The notes beneath the pieces were generated by a model. The model was not told the DNA's origin and did not search any database. It saw only the letters and a program-made list of their open reading frames with translations. A stretch of 64,000 bases of DNA from a virus, in IMG/VR virus record IMGVR_UViG_3300046787_000130, positions 32,001 to 96,000 of that record; one strand, 5' to 3'. How positions within the stretch are numbered: the stretch's first letter is position 1; each line of letters opens with the position of its first letter. Shown piece by piece: positions 33,901-44,238 of the stretch. The position numbers and the translations under genes were made by a program.

Positions 33901-34034
33901 AAGGTGCATCATTATCATTAAGACTTGCTGGAACAGCAACTAACGGTAGCAGAACCCTAGCGCAAAATGGAATCTGCACTATTTGGTTTGCAAATGCAAC
34001 AACGGCAATTATATCAGGAGCAGGTATTGCATGA
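30930..34034 (+). CDS. Modular collagen-like fibre protein
   Basis: Shares the [17 protein letters not shown] domain and the ~100 aa module (two copies) with 22261..28809; long G-X-Q blocks; perfect TATAAATA upstream. Confidence 0.72.
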   Translation: MPTSYKDIIITPNRASATDSPNISFRSGNTASNTEITLRVYPESNGTLSFEGNAGQLFSITNDLSGSIFSVNDVSGIPSIEVFANGVVELARYNGNVRLGNLSLVYESSNNTILYGGNVTYTSNIVDLPTQTITTSTSFSENSAGKIIIVNNGSSDVTLTFAAASTSGFATSVFRKGTGNVTINAGAGVTKINSASFISGNIAISNASATVVYSATNEIILLGDIQTNGIGGPQGTQGVQGVQGLQGVQGFGGTSGGTGSQGSQGTQGTQGTQGLQGLQGLQGRQGPQGPQGLQGLQGLQGLTGATGSQGAQGPQGLQGLQGNQGLQGLQGLQGAQGNQGLQGLQGLQGRQGVQGAQGPQGPQGLQGLTGPTGNNIIVTDTRAGTTTPETFASPRLAVDFKQLSAESLTDSGTYFGEISFRPYGSTTDWTGGPAHQLGFPGSGNVWHRWGSSTTWGSWTRMLDTQDFSRGMSLTGPLTVSANVTATSNIFDLPVLTVTTNTTVADNVAGKIIVVNNGVSDVTITFATALTSGFATSVFRKGTGNVIIAAGSGVTKTNSASFISGNIAISNATATVVYSSTSEILLLGDIQTNGITGPQGVQGIAGSSAGQGTQGAQGPQGALGVTGNQGAQGAQGLQGLQGLQGRQGPQGPQGLQGLTGTTGNQGAQGANGAQGTNGAQGTTGTTGNQGAQGAQGPQGLQGLQGLIGSQGAQGAQGPQGLQGLQGLIGSQGAQGAQGLQGLQGLQGLQGLQGRQGPQGPQGLQGLTGTTGSQGSQGAQGNQGLQGSGSQGTTGTTGSQGAQGAQGLNGAQGATGTTGSQGSQGAQGNQGLQGLQGLQGRQGPQGPQGLQGLTGTTGSQGAQGLQGAQGSGSQGTTGTTGSQGAQGANGAQGTTGAQGTTGTTGSQGSQGAQGNQGLQGLQGRQGPQGSQGTLGPQGPTVVPRSSTTSTLVVGDSGKCVDLTAGITVPASIFTSGDIVSLYNNSASTITITQGASLSLRLAGTATNGSRTLAQNGICTIWFANATTAIISGAGIA

Positions 34035-34609
34035 GTGCGCATCAAACTATGGTTTGGATGAAATATTATAACAGAAGAACATTACAAACTGCTGCTACTA
34101 ATCAAACTGAAACTGTGCCAGCTGGTGCACAAAGTTTGCTAGTGAAGGTTTGGGGTGCTGGCGGCGGCGGCGGTAAAGATGGCAGTGCTTCTGGTCTAGC
34201 CCAAGGTGGTGGCGGTGGTGGTTACATTCAAAAAACTATAACTGTAACTCCAGGTCAAACTATTGGTTACAATGTTGGTGCTGGCGGAACAGGTGCTACA
34301 GGTGGTGCTGGCGGTGATGGTTTAAATGGACGTTCATCTAATGTAACCATTAGCGGTACATTGTATAATGCTGGCGGTGGTGATGGCGGTTCTCAAGATG
34401 GGTTAAATACTCCCGCAGGTGCTGGCGGCACAACTTCCGGAAATGGTGATGTTAATACTAATGGCGATGATGGTCTTATGCCTGATGGTGGTGCTCCAGG
34501 AAATGCAACTGAAATTGTAGGAACTAATGCTCGCGGTGGTGCTGGCGCCGATACTCCTTCTAACGGCACTAATGGTACAGCTGGTGAAATTATTTTTATC
34601 TATACCTAA
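34031..34609 (+). CDS. Glycine-rich domain protein (putative fibre tip/adhesin)
   Basis: ATGA overlap with the fibre gene; [28 protein letters not shown] pattern; paralogue of 10545..11249. Confidence 0.6.
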   Translation: MSAHQTMVWMKYYNRRTLQTAATNQTETVPAGAQSLLVKVWGAGGGGGKDGSASGLAQGGGGGGYIQKTITVTPGQTIGYNVGAGGTGATGGAGGDGLNGRSSNVTISGTLYNAGGGDGGSQDGLNTPAGAGGTTSGNGDVNTNGDDGLMPDGGAPGNATEIVGTNARGGAGADTPSNGTNGTAGEIIFIYT

Positions 34610-34612
34610 ATA
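34605..34612 (+). promoter_or_regulatory. Late promoter variant upstream of gp13
   Basis: CCTAAATA. The same TAAATA core occurs before other late genes at 8902, 11245, 15384, 22223, 39294, 41064 and 47913. Confidence 0.65.
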
Positions 34613-34636
34613 CAATAAATTGTCTAGGAATCTATA

Positions 34637-35398
34637 ATGGCAAAACCAACATCAAAAACAGAACTAAAAGACTACTGCTTGCGCAGACTAGGCTTTCCTG
34701 TAATTGACATCAATGTCGATGACGACCAAGTTGACGACAGAGTTGATGATGCTATACAGCTTTTTCACGATTTCCATTTTGATGGCTTAAGCCGCGAATA
34801 TCTTGCGATTGCAATACAAGCAGGTGATAAGGCAAACACCTACGTCACGTTACCAGATGATGTTGTTGGTGTAACCAGAATTTTCCGTATTGGTAGCGAG
34901 ACTACTAATAGCAATGGCACTAACTTTAATATGTTTGATATCAACTATCAACTTAGACTTAATGAGTTGTATGACTTTACATCCTCGTCATACATGTACT
35001 ATTGGATTGCAAGAACTCATATTGAAATGCTTGACCAGATTTTAATTGGTCAGAATCCAATTCGCTTTAACAAGAAGATGAATCGTCTATATGTTGATAT
35101 GAACTGGGCTGATGATGAGATTGCTCCTGGCAACTATATGATGGTTGAATGTACTCGCGCACTTGATGCGGATACTTACCCTAAAGTATACAATGATGAT
35201 TGGCTCAAAGAGTATACTACCCAACTCATTAAAAAGCAGTGGGGCGAGAACATGAAGAAGTATAGCAACTATACTCTTCCTGGTGGTATGGTTATTAATG
35301 GACAGCAAATTTACGATGAGGCTGTTGCTGAAATTGCAAAACTGGAAATTAAGTTGAGAGATACTTACGAAGAACCTCCAGAATTTTTGGTAGGCTAA
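34637..35398 (+). CDS. gp13: Neck protein gp13
   Basis: LKDYCLRRLGFPVIDINVDDDQV...WLKEYTTQLIKKQWGENMKKY..LPGG..NGQQIY. Confidence 0.93.
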   Translation: MAKPTSKTELKDYCLRRLGFPVIDINVDDDQVDDRVDDAIQLFHDFHFDGLSREYLAIAIQAGDKANTYVTLPDDVVGVTRIFRIGSETTNSNGTNFNMFDINYQLRLNELYDFTSSSYMYYWIARTHIEMLDQILIGQNPIRFNKKMNRLYVDMNWADDEIAPGNYMMVECTRALDADTYPKVYNDDWLKEYTTQLIKKQWGENMKKYSNYTLPGGMVINGQQIYDEAVAEIAKLEIKLRDTYEEPPEFLVG

Positions 35399-35399
35399 G

Positions 35400-36275
35400 A
35401 TGCCAGTTAGCGTATACTTTAACAACCAAGGCGCTACAAGAGAGCAGTTTCTTGTAGAAGATTTAACCATAGAATCTATTCGGAATCATGGAATAGACAT
35501 CTATTATCTTCCAAGAACATCCCAAAGTACTCTTGATGTTCTCTTTGGCGATGACCCCGTAAAGTATTACAATGTTGCGTACAAAATAGACATGTACCTA
35601 GAGACATTTAATGACTTTGAAGGTCAACAAGAGTTTTTTTCTAAGTTTGGTTTACAGATAGACAAGACCGCAAAGGTTGCTGTTGCCCGTAGAACTTTTG
35701 AAAAATTAGTTCCTTCTGCCATACGCAGAATACCTAAAGAGGGAGATTTAATCTTCCTTCCTGTTCAACAAAAAGTAATGGAAGTACGTTTTGTTGAGGA
35801 AGAAAAGAACTTCTTCCAGTTGGGCAAGATGCAACCTTACATGTTTAGTCTGTCTCTTGAAACCTTTAAGTACAATGGTGAATTGTTTGATACTGGTATT
35901 CAAGAAATTGACCAACTACAAGATGATGTATCCTTTGCTACTGAATTTACTATGGATGATAATGGTCAAACCATATCGTATCAACGCGGAGAAGTTGTGT
36001 ACCAAGGCGTCAGTCTAGAGTTAGCAGTAAATCTAGGTATTGTTGCAAGTTTTGATAGAACCACATTAAAACTTCGCTTGCGCAATATTAAGGGCGATTT
36101 CCACAGCGATGACCCGGTAGAAGGTTCAGAAAGCGGCGCATCCTATAATATCATACCTAACGCGCATGATGAGAGAGATAATGCTGTTACAGTATTTGAT
36201 GATAACAGTTATCTTGAATCACAAGCCGTTAATATTCTAGACTTTTCTGAAACTAATCCTTTTGGTGAACCATAA
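35400..36275 (+). CDS. gp14: Neck protein gp14
   Basis: EQFLVEDLTIESIR.HG.DIYYLPR, FSKFGL, PKEGDLIF, FFQLGK and C-terminal LDFSETNPFG. Confidence 0.93.
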   Translation: MPVSVYFNNQGATREQFLVEDLTIESIRNHGIDIYYLPRTSQSTLDVLFGDDPVKYYNVAYKIDMYLETFNDFEGQQEFFSKFGLQIDKTAKVAVARRTFEKLVPSAIRRIPKEGDLIFLPVQQKVMEVRFVEEEKNFFQLGKMQPYMFSLSLETFKYNGELFDTGIQEIDQLQDDVSFATEFTMDDNGQTISYQRGEVVYQGVSLELAVNLGIVASFDRTTLKLRLRNIKGDFHSDDPVEGSESGASYNIIPNAHDERDNAVTVFDDNSYLESQAVNILDFSETNPFGEP

Positions 36276-37264
36276 TGCTATCTGATACACACTACTATCA
36301 CCGAATTGTTCGTAAAATGGTTATTGGGTTTGGTACCATTTTCAACAACGTTAAGATGTATCGTTACGCTGCGGATGGTACAACAGAAATTGAACGTATT
36401 AACGTGCCACTAACTTACGCGCCAAAAGAAAAGTTCTACACTCGTATAACTGAAGACCCATCATTGGCTAAGACTGTACAAATTACTTTGCCTAGAATGG
36501 CATTTGAAATGACGGGAATTACATATGACCCATTAAGAAAGATTTCGTCAAACATTGATTTGTATAAGAATATGTCTCCTAACAGCGTTAATCGAGTTAA
36601 GGGAACACCATATAATTTTGATTTTAACTTGTATGCGTTTGTTCGTAATACTGAAGATGGTATGCAGATTGTTGAGCAAATTCTCCCATACTTCAATCCA
36701 GACTACACTATTACTGTAGACCTAATGGGATTTGACAGTCTCAAACTTGATATTCCTATTGTGTTTAATAGTGTTACATACGAAACTGATTATGAGGGCA
36801 GTCCTGATTCTACTCGCATCATCACGTGGAATATGAACTTTACGGCTAAGGGATACTTGTTTGGACCAATCACAACATCTAAGGTCATTCGCAAATCAAC
36901 TGCAAATGTATTCAGTTATGTTGGAGAAACTAACAACAAGGGACTAACTCTTGTTAATGGTAATGGTGAGGAGTATCGTCTTGGTGAACTAGTATACCAA
37001 GGTGCTAGCATTGAAGAGGCTACTGCAAAAGCCTACGTCAAGCAATGGGACACTACTGCCAACACGCTCATTTTATGTGATGTTGCCGGTAATCTTGCTG
37101 CCAATAGCATTCTTGTTGGCGCAATTTCAGGGGCTAAATATAACGTCAGCACATTTGCGGTTAGCCCGGCTCAACTCATTAACATTGAAGTTGACCCAAA
37201 TCCATCAACTGCTAATGCTAATACTGATTTTGGATTTACTACAACGGTAACTGAGTTATTCTAA
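36275..37264 (+). CDS. gp15: Tail sheath stabiliser / tail terminator gp15
   Basis: YYHRIVRKMVIGFGTIFN, VPLTYAPKEKF, LPRMAFE and QIVEQILPYFNP. Confidence 0.93.
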   Translation: MLSDTHYYHRIVRKMVIGFGTIFNNVKMYRYAADGTTEIERINVPLTYAPKEKFYTRITEDPSLAKTVQITLPRMAFEMTGITYDPLRKISSNIDLYKNMSPNSVNRVKGTPYNFDFNLYAFVRNTEDGMQIVEQILPYFNPDYTITVDLMGFDSLKLDIPIVFNSVTYETDYEGSPDSTRIITWNMNFTAKGYLFGPITTSKVIRKSTANVFSYVGETNNKGLTLVNGNGEEYRLGELVYQGASIEEATAKAYVKQWDTTANTLILCDVAGNLAANSILVGAISGAKYNVSTFAVSPAQLINIEVDPNPSTANANTDFGFTTTVTELF

Positions 37265-37267
37265 TTT

Positions 37268-37678
37268 ATGTCTAATGTTGATAAGAACCTAAGTGAAATT
37301 CTTGAAACTGAATATGAGGTTCAAGAAACTCCAAAAAATCTTCCTGTAGCAGCTGTTCCGGAAACAACTACACAGGATTACGATTACTCACGCATGAATC
37401 ATTATAGTTTGATTGAGCGCGGTAGTGAAGCATTAGATGGTATTCTTGCTGTTGCTAGAGAATCACAACACCCAAGAGCATATGAAGTTGCTGCCACTAT
37501 GATGAAGAATCTTAGTGACATGACAGATAAACTTATCCAACTTCAAAAGCAAAAACAAGAAATGGAAAGGATTGCTAATCCAACTCCAACGCAAGTGACT
37601 GTTGACAAAGCAGTATTTGTAGGTTCTACAACTGACCTGTTGCGAAAGATAAAGAATGAATCAGCAAATAATCAGTAA
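37268..37678 (+). CDS. gp16: Terminase small subunit gp16
   Basis: DYDYSR.N...A.ESQHPRAYEV...FVGSTTDL. Confidence 0.92.
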   Translation: MSNVDKNLSEILETEYEVQETPKNLPVAAVPETTTQDYDYSRMNHYSLIERGSEALDGILAVARESQHPRAYEVAATMMKNLSDMTDKLIQLQKQKQEMERIANPTPTQVTVDKAVFVGSTTDLLRKIKNESANNQ

Positions 37679-39290
37679 ACTTAAGACATACCTTGGCAAT
37701 CCTAAACTAAAGAAAGTTGGGGTTCCTGTTCAACTTGATGCTGAGCGAGTTGAGGAGTACGTCAAGTGTGCACAGAATCCAATCTACTTTATTGAAAACT
37801 ACGTCAAGATTATCACGCTTGACAAGGGTTTTGTTAAGATTGAGTTGTACCCGTTTCAGCAAAAAGCAATTACCGAAATTAACGACAATCGTCGGGTAAT
37901 TGTAAAAGCAGGTCGTCAGGTTGGTAAGACAACAATGGTTGTTGGTTACATTTTGTGGTACATTCTATTTAATGAAGATAAGACTGTTGCAATTCTTGCT
38001 AACAAGGCTGCTACCTCTCGCGAAATTCTTGCGCGCATCAAGATTGCATATGAAGCACTACCGATGTGGTTACAGCAAGGTGTGCGTACTTGGAATAAAG
38101 GCGACATTGAATTAGAGAACAACTGTCGTATTATGGCAACATCTACTGCTTCAAGTGCGATTCGCGGTTTCTCTATCTCATTGTTGTATCTTGACGAATT
38201 TGCTTTCGTTCCTAGCAACATTGCTGAAGAGTTTTTCACTTCGGTATATCCAACCATTTCTTCTGGTACAAGTTCAAAGATTCTAATCTCATCTACGCCT
38301 AATGGTATGAACCACTATTATAAAATGTGGACTGATGCTGTAGAAAAACGTAATGGGTTTATTGCTATTGAAGCCAACTGGCGCCAGGTTCCCGGCAGAG
38401 ACCAAAGATGGGCTGATGACCAACGTTCTGTTCTTGGTGAGGAGAAATACCTACAAGAAATGGAATGCGAGTTTATGGGCAGTGCTGGTACACTTATCAG
38501 CGGCATGGTGCTTAAATCATTGGTCTTTAGAACTCCAGTTGCACAACCTAACAATATTGTTGGTCTCAAGATACATCAAGAGCCTATTCCAGGCAACAAG
38601 TATGCTATGACTGTAGACACTTCTCGCGGTAAGGGGCTAGACTATTCGGCATTTGTTGTTGTTGATGTTACTGAGATTCCATATAGAGTTGTCTGCACAT
38701 ATAAAGACAATGATATCTCTCCTGTCATATACCCATCTATCATTAAGCGTATTGGCACATATTACAATGAAGCCTTTATACTTGTAGAAATTAACGACAA
38801 TGGTGCGCAGATATCATATAGTCTGTTTGATGACTATGAGTATGAAAATTTACTCTCTACAGTTGAGGCTAGCAAAAAAGTAACTTTGACTTGGGCTAAC
38901 AATAAAGCCGAAAGAGGAATTCGTACAACAAAATCTGTAAAAAGATTAGGTTGTTCATTGATGAAGACTTTGATTGAATCCTATAAACTAATTGTTGAAG
39001 ATTTTGATATTATTGCTGAACTTTCAACATTTATAAATAAGGGTACTAGTTATGAGGCTGATGACGGGTCGCATGATGACCTTGTAATGTGTTTGGTGTT
39101 ATTTGCATGGATGACAAATCAACAGTTTTTTTCTGAACTTTGCAACACGGATATCAGAGAAAAATTGTATAGAGAGCAGATGAATCAGATTGAAGATGAA
39201 TCTCTCCCGATGCCATACTTTGGTCCTGAATATACTGAAGAAGAGCGATTTGTTTCGAATGGAGCCGTCTGGAGTGTTGTAAAACCATAA
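37656..39290 (+). CDS. gp17: Terminase large subunit gp17
   Basis: YLGNPKLK, Walker A region GRQVGKTT, Walker B YLDEFAF, and nuclease motifs VDTSRGKGLDYS and HDDLVM. Confidence 0.96.
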   Translation: MNQQIISKLKTYLGNPKLKKVGVPVQLDAERVEEYVKCAQNPIYFIENYVKIITLDKGFVKIELYPFQQKAITEINDNRRVIVKAGRQVGKTTMVVGYILWYILFNEDKTVAILANKAATSREILARIKIAYEALPMWLQQGVRTWNKGDIELENNCRIMATSTASSAIRGFSISLLYLDEFAFVPSNIAEEFFTSVYPTISSGTSSKILISSTPNGMNHYYKMWTDAVEKRNGFIAIEANWRQVPGRDQRWADDQRSVLGEEKYLQEMECEFMGSAGTLISGMVLKSLVFRTPVAQPNNIVGLKIHQEPIPGNKYAMTVDTSRGKGLDYSAFVVVDVTEIPYRVVCTYKDNDISPVIYPSIIKRIGTYYNEAFILVEINDNGAQISYSLFDDYEYENLLSTVEASKKVTLTWANNKAERGIRTTKSVKRLGCSLMKTLIESYKLIVEDFDIIAELSTFINKGTSYEADDGSHDDLVMCLVLFAWMTNQQFFSELCNTDIREKLYREQMNQIEDESLPMPYFGPEYTEEERFVSNGAVWSVVKP

Positions 39291-39293
39291 ATT

Positions 39294-39301
39294 ACTAAAT
39301 A
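39294..39301 (+). promoter_or_regulatory. Late promoter variant upstream of gp18
   Basis: ACTAAATA in the gp17-gp18 gap. Confidence 0.65.
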
Positions 39302-39337
39302 GAATAACGGATTCTGTCCTTAACAGGAGTATTAAAG

Positions 39338-41068
39338 ATGCCATTTCAAGTATCACCAGGCGTGAACGTAACCGAATATGACCTGACGTCATCCATTCCA
39401 TCTGCTGCTGGCACCTTTGGTGCTATTGCTGGTGAGTTTGACTGGGGTCCAGTAGGTATTGCTCAGCCTATTTCAAGCGAACTAAAACTTGTTGACCGTT
39501 TCGGTAAACCACCGTACTCGTCTTCAAGCAATACAATCACTGATTTCTTTACTGCCGCAAGTTTCTTGCAGTATTCAGGAAGTCTAATTGTATCTCGCGC
39601 TGCACACGGTCAGTCAAATAACGCTGTTTCAAATAACTGGACAGCAGCTGCCGCAACACCTCGCCAAGTAAAGAATTCTAGCGATTACATTGGTAATCCT
39701 ACAATTTCTGGCGGTGTATTTGCTGCTCGTTATCCAGGAACAGTGGGTAATAACCTACAAGTTTCTATGTTTGCAAATACCGTTACCGGTTCTCTTGCAA
39801 ATTGGGCATATGGTTCACTCTTTGATAAGGAACCAGGCACATCTGACTTTATCAAGTTAAATGTAAACACCAATGCTAATGACGAAGTTTACATTGCAGT
39901 TATTGACCGTACTGGTGCAATTTCTGGTGCAGCAAATACAGTTCTAGAGAAGTTTATTGCTTCAAAGGCAACTAATGCTCGTGACCCAAACAACAATAGC
40001 ATGTACTACAAGGACGTTCTATTGAACAAGTCCAAGTATGTATACATGGTTGGTCACCCAAGCAGTTCATACAAGGGCACATTTAGCGCCAATGCATGGG
40101 GTGTTGCTGCTAACTCAACATACATCTTTGCCGACCACGATAGCGCAAACACTTCGTATCCTCTAGCCAACGGTTCTTATGTTGCCGTAACTTCAGGTAA
40201 CGTAACTTCTGCTCTTGACATTCTAAATGACCCAACAGTAGACGTTTCTCTAATCATGACAAGCGCGCACTCTTCAGCTGTCGTACAGTATGCTATTAAT
40301 AGCGTTGCCGAATACCGTAAGGATTGCTTGGTATTTGCTTCGCCAACATACGCAAACTGCACATCAACTCAACCAGAAGTAGACATTCCTGCTTGGAGAA
40401 CTGCAATTGGCGCATACAGTTCATACGCTGTAATGGACTCTGGCTGGAAGTATATCTATGACAAGTATTACGACACCTATCGTTGGGTTCCGCTAAACGG
40501 CGACGTTGCCGGTATGTGCGCAAAGACCGACGCAGAAAGAGAGCCATGGTTCTCACCTGCTGGTCCAGTACGTGGTCAGGTAAAGAACATTGTCAAACTT
40601 GCCTATAATCCAGACAAGAGTGACCGCGACATTCTTTACAAGGCAGACATTAACCCTGTTGTATCTTTTAATGGTGAAGGTACTTACCTATATGGTGACA
40701 AGACAATGCTAGGTCGCGCAAGCGCATTTAGCCGTATCAATGTTCGCCGTCTGTTTATGATTCTAGAAAAGACAATCTCTCGTGCTGCTAAGGCAAGCCT
40801 CTTTGAGTTCAATGATGAATTTACACGCTCACAGTTTGTAAGCATTGTTGACCCATACTTGCGCTCCGTAATGGCAGGTCGCGGTATCTATGACTACCGT
40901 GTAATCTGCGATGAGAGAAACAATCCACCAGACCTCATTGACCGTAATGAGTTTGTTGGCGACATCTACATCAAGCCATCAAAGAGCATTAACTTCATCC
41001 AACTCAACTTCGTTGCTATCCGCACCGGAGTACAGTTTGAAGAAGTAATTGGTCGTGCAACAGTCTAA
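39338..41068 (+). CDS. gp18: Tail sheath protein gp18
   Basis: MPFQVSPGVNV.EYDLT, ARYPG..GN, PWFSPAG..RG, RINVRRLF and SINFIQLNFVA.RTGV.FEE. Confidence 0.96.
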   Translation: MPFQVSPGVNVTEYDLTSSIPSAAGTFGAIAGEFDWGPVGIAQPISSELKLVDRFGKPPYSSSSNTITDFFTAASFLQYSGSLIVSRAAHGQSNNAVSNNWTAAAATPRQVKNSSDYIGNPTISGGVFAARYPGTVGNNLQVSMFANTVTGSLANWAYGSLFDKEPGTSDFIKLNVNTNANDEVYIAVIDRTGAISGAANTVLEKFIASKATNARDPNNNSMYYKDVLLNKSKYVYMVGHPSSSYKGTFSANAWGVAANSTYIFADHDSANTSYPLANGSYVAVTSGNVTSALDILNDPTVDVSLIMTSAHSSAVVQYAINSVAEYRKDCLVFASPTYANCTSTQPEVDIPAWRTAIGAYSSYAVMDSGWKYIYDKYYDTYRWVPLNGDVAGMCAKTDAEREPWFSPAGPVRGQVKNIVKLAYNPDKSDRDILYKADINPVVSFNGEGTYLYGDKTMLGRASAFSRINVRRLFMILEKTISRAAKASLFEFNDEFTRSQFVSIVDPYLRSVMAGRGIYDYRVICDERNNPPDLIDRNEFVGDIYIKPSKSINFIQLNFVAIRTGVQFEEVIGRATV

Positions 41069-41071
41069 ATA
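41064..41071 (+). promoter_or_regulatory. Late promoter variant upstream of gp19
   Basis: TCTAAATA overlapping the gp18 stop codon. Confidence 0.6.
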
Positions 41072-41095
41072 ACCTTATAGGTTCAGGAGAATCAA

Positions 41096-41734
41096 ATGAG
41101 TTTTAATGTAGATGAATTTAGAAAAAATCTAAGATGGGATGGTGCGCGCCCAAATCTATTTGAAGTTGAGGTGCCGTTTATGGACGGCACCATCGACCGT
41201 TCATTCAGATTTATGTGTAAGGCAGCATCAATTCCTGGTTCAAACCTTGGTGTGGTAGAAGTACCATACTTCGGTCGTCAGGTTAAGGTTGCTGGTAACA
41301 GAACATATGATGAGTGGACTGTTACAATCATCAATGACGAAACCTTTGACTTGCGCAACAAGTTTGAAGAATGGCACAAGCGTCTAAATGCTCCAGTTGA
41401 GAATACCCGCGCTGCTCTTAATAGCCTGTTCTATACAAGAGATGCAAAGGTAACTCACTACCGCAAAAATGGCTCAGTCATCAAGACATATAGTCTAGTT
41501 GGCGCCTTCCCTTCAAACATTGCACCAATCGACCTAGATTGGGGTTCAAATGATACGATTGAAGAATTCACCGTAACATTTGCATACCAGTACTGGATTG
41601 ATAGCAAGTTGAGCAAGTCTACGGCTCCTGAACAGCGTCCGTCAAATCAGGAAGTTCCTCAGTCTAATGCTCTACCAGCTGGTCCGACAGGAGATACAAC
41701 TCTTGACGGTCTGACAGCAGCCACTACAGTCTAA
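41096..41734 (+). CDS. gp19: Tail tube protein gp19
   Basis: GARPNLFEV, VPYFGRQVKVAGNRT...WTVTIINDE.F and IEEFTVTFAYQYW. Confidence 0.95.
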   Translation: MSFNVDEFRKNLRWDGARPNLFEVEVPFMDGTIDRSFRFMCKAASIPGSNLGVVEVPYFGRQVKVAGNRTYDEWTVTIINDETFDLRNKFEEWHKRLNAPVENTRAALNSLFYTRDAKVTHYRKNGSVIKTYSLVGAFPSNIAPIDLDWGSNDTIEEFTVTFAYQYWIDSKLSKSTAPEQRPSNQEVPQSNALPAGPTGDTTLDGLTAATTV

Positions 41735-41753
41735 TATATAATTAGACTTTGTT

Positions 41754-41780
41754 GAGGGGAGGGTTTTCCTCCCCTCTTTT
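41754..41780 (+). terminator. Intrinsic terminator after gp19
   Basis: GAGGGGAGG-gtttt-CCTCCCCTC followed by TTTT. Confidence 0.8.
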
Positions 41781-41794
41781 GATATGAGGTACAC

Positions 41795-43408
41795 ATGGCA
41801 GGATTCAATCTATTTGGCTTTGAACTGGTACGCAGTTCTGAATTAGAAAAAATTCAGCAGTCCCAGCAGCCACCAATCGCGCCCCCACTAAACGATGACG
41901 GTGCAATCAGCATTAATGCTAGTGCTGTTGGTGGATATTATGGCACATACTTAAATCTAGAAACAGCATTTAAAGATGAGAATGACCTCATCTCGCGTTA
42001 TCGTGCTATGGCTATGCAGCCTGAAATTGAACAAGCCGTTGATGAAGTAGTTAATGAAGCAATTGTTCATGATGAGAATGGTAAGTCTGTAGAAATTATC
42101 CTAGATGAACTACAGCAACCTGATACAATCAAAGAAATGATTCGTAACGAATTTAAAGAGGTACTGAAGTTATTGGACTTCGGTAATAGCGGCGCTGACA
42201 TATTCCGCCGCTGGTATGTTGATGGAAGATTGTTCTATCAAGTACAAATTAATAATGCAAACCCTAAACTTGGTGTAACTGGACTTGTGTACCTTGACCC
42301 ACGAAAGATTCGTAAGGTTCGTACAGTACAGAAGAGCAAAGACCCAAGAACAGGTATTGAGGTTGTTTCGGCTGATGAAGAGTTTTTCCTTTACAGCGAG
42401 AAGATTCTCAATACAAATAACAACATTGTAACCAATCCTATTGATGCTGCTCTAAAGATTGCTCCAGACGCAGTTGTTAACATCAATTCTGGTTTGATGG
42501 ATGTCACTAAGAATATTGTATTGTCTTATCTTCATAAGGCAATCAAGCCAATGAACCAGTTGCGTATGATTGAAGACGCAGTTGTCATCTATCGATTATC
42601 ACGTGCGCCAGAACGTCGAGTATTCTATATTGACGTTGGCAATCTGCCTAAGCAGAAAGCAGACCAGTATCTACAAAATGTTATGACAAAGTTTCGTAAC
42701 AAGATTGTATATGACTCGAATACTGGCGAAGTGCGCGATGACCGTCGCTTTATGTCGATGATTGAAGACTTCTGGTTGCCTCGTCGCGGTGAAGGTAAGT
42801 CAACTGAAATTACCACTCTGCCTCCTGGTCAGAACCTTGGTGAACTATCAGACGTCAAGTACTTTGAACAAAAACTATACAAGTCGCTTGGCGTACCTAT
42901 TTCACGTCTTGATTCATCAACAACGTCATTCTCTCTTGGTCGCACTAATGAGATTACTCGCGATGAATTAAGATTCTCTAAGTTTGTAGAGAGACTCCGC
43001 AATCGCTTCAGCACTATGTTTGATGAGTTGATGAAGCGTCAACTTGCTCTTAAGGGAATTGCTTCTCCTGAAGAGTGGGATGATATGAAGGAAAGCATTC
43101 ACTATGATTTCCTCAAAGACAATAACTTTGCTGAACTTAAGGACGCTGAACTCCTAACCAATCGTGTTTTGTTACTTAATAGCATGGTTCCTTTTGTTGG
43201 TTCATATTACTCAATGAATTGGGTCAAGAAGAATGTTCTACACTTGACTGAAGATGAAATTAAGCAGATGGACCAAGAGATGGTAGACGAACAAGAGAAG
43301 ATGGCGCAGATTAATCTAATGCAGCAAGCGCAAGCAGCTGCTCTAGGTGCTGCACCTACATCCGGTATAAATACAGGAAGCGCGCCAACTAGCGCACCAC
43401 CACAGTAA
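41795..43408 (+). CDS. gp20: Portal protein gp20
   Basis: IFRRWYVDGR, LSYLHKAIKP.NQLRMIEDAVVIYRLSRAPERRVFYIDVGNLP and EDFWLPRR. Confidence 0.97.
   Translation: MAGFNLFGFELVRSSELEKIQQSQQPPIAPPLNDDGAISINASAVGGYYGTYLNLETAFKDENDLISRYRAMAMQPEIEQAVDEVVNEAIVHDENGKSVEIILDELQQPDTIKEMIRNEFKEVLKLLDFGNSGADIFRRWYVDGRLFYQVQINNANPKLGVTGLVYLDPRKIRKVRTVQKSKDPRTGIEVVSADEEFFLYSEKILNTNNNIVTNPIDAALKIAPDAVVNINSGLMDVTKNIVLSYLHKAIKPMNQLRMIEDAVVIYRLSRAPERRVFYIDVGNLPKQKADQYLQNVMTKFRNKIVYDSNTGEVRDDRRFMSMIEDFWLPRRGEGKSTEITTLPPGQNLGELSDVKYFEQKLYKSLGVPISRLDSSTTSFSLGRTNEITRDELRFSKFVERLRNRFSTMFDELMKRQLALKGIASPEEWDDMKESIHYDFLKDNNFAELKDAELLTNRVLLLNSMVPFVGSYYSMNWVKKNVLHLTEDEIKQMDQEMVDEQEKMAQINLMQQAQAAALGAAPTSGINTGSAPTSAPPQ
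43366..43373 (+). promoter_or_regulatory. T4-type late promoter
   Basis: Perfect TATAAATA at the end of the portal gene, before the core genes. Confidence 0.8.
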
Positions 43409-43417
43409 GGAACTAGC

Positions 43418-43786
43418 ATGAACACTAGAGATTTAATTGATATGATTGCTGATGAAAATGCAGATGGTGCTAATGCTGCGTTTGAAGCATTGTTAAGTGC
43501 AAAACTAGCCGATTCAATTGACGTAAAGAAGATTGAAGTTGCTTCTGCTATGTTCAATGGTCCAGAATCTGTAGCGGAGTCAATGACTAATCGTCAACTT
43601 GTTGCTGCTCTGGGCGCCGACCAACAAGCCAAAACATCTCTTGACAAGATGAACAAGTATGGTGTTGAAAAACTTCCAATGCGCGATAGAACCAATCTAA
43701 TGAAGATTCTTCCCTCATTGCTAAGAGCCAATCAGAAAGTTCTGCCTACAAGTTCAGTGCGCAAAGCACTCAAGGTCGCAGAATAA
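43418..43786 (+). CDS. Putative prohead core protein (gp67 position)
   Basis: Immediately after the portal gene, with TATAAATA at 43366; short helical N-terminal domain. Confidence 0.5.
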   Translation: MNTRDLIDMIADENADGANAAFEALLSAKLADSIDVKKIEVASAMFNGPESVAESMTNRQLVAALGADQQAKTSLDKMNKYGVEKLPMRDRTNLMKILPSLLRANQKVLPTSSVRKALKVAE

Positions 43787-44238
43787 TGGATTTTAAAGAG
43801 TTACGCGAACAACTAACTGAAGGACAAGATGTAGCAAATCCTGCTGCAATGCTAGTTCTGAAGAGAAGAGGAATCAGAGTATTTCCTGATGGTCAACGTG
43901 TTGCTCTGTATACTAACGACAAGTATAACCTAACATTTATGGTGCCATATGGTAAGGGTGTTGAACACAACACTGTTATCAATCCAGTTCCAACTAATGA
44001 AGCGTTTGTTAATGTAATGGGTAGATTGGCTTCTGCTGTTGCTAATATTCCTAAGAATCTTGCTGCAAAAAAGCAGGCTGAATTAAAAGCAGCTGCTGAT
44101 AAGGCTAAAGCCGACAGAGAGAAAGCATCTCAACAGCATAAAGCAAGGCGCCAAAGACAACTTAAGAGAGCAGTACAGAATCGCAGAAAGCGTCAAGTTG
44201 CTGCGATTGTAGCCGCACGGAGTGGTAACCAACCATGA
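43786..44238 (+). CDS. Conserved head-region protein with a basic C-terminal tail
   Basis: P.MLVLKRRGIRVFPDGQRVALY motif; lies between portal and protease; Lys/Arg-rich tail. Confidence 0.55.
   Translation: MDFKELREQLTEGQDVANPAAMLVLKRRGIRVFPDGQRVALYTNDKYNLTFMVPYGKGVEHNTVINPVPTNEAFVNVMGRLASAVANIPKNLAAKKQAELKAAADKAKADREKASQQHKARRQRQLKRAVQNRRKRQVAAIVAARSGNQP

Noticed and set aside
22261-34034. Repeated fibre modules as template and variable repeats of a diversity-generating retroelement
   Set aside because: Differences look mostly synonymous and not adenine-specific, all copies are in-frame coding, and no reverse transcriptase is in the window.
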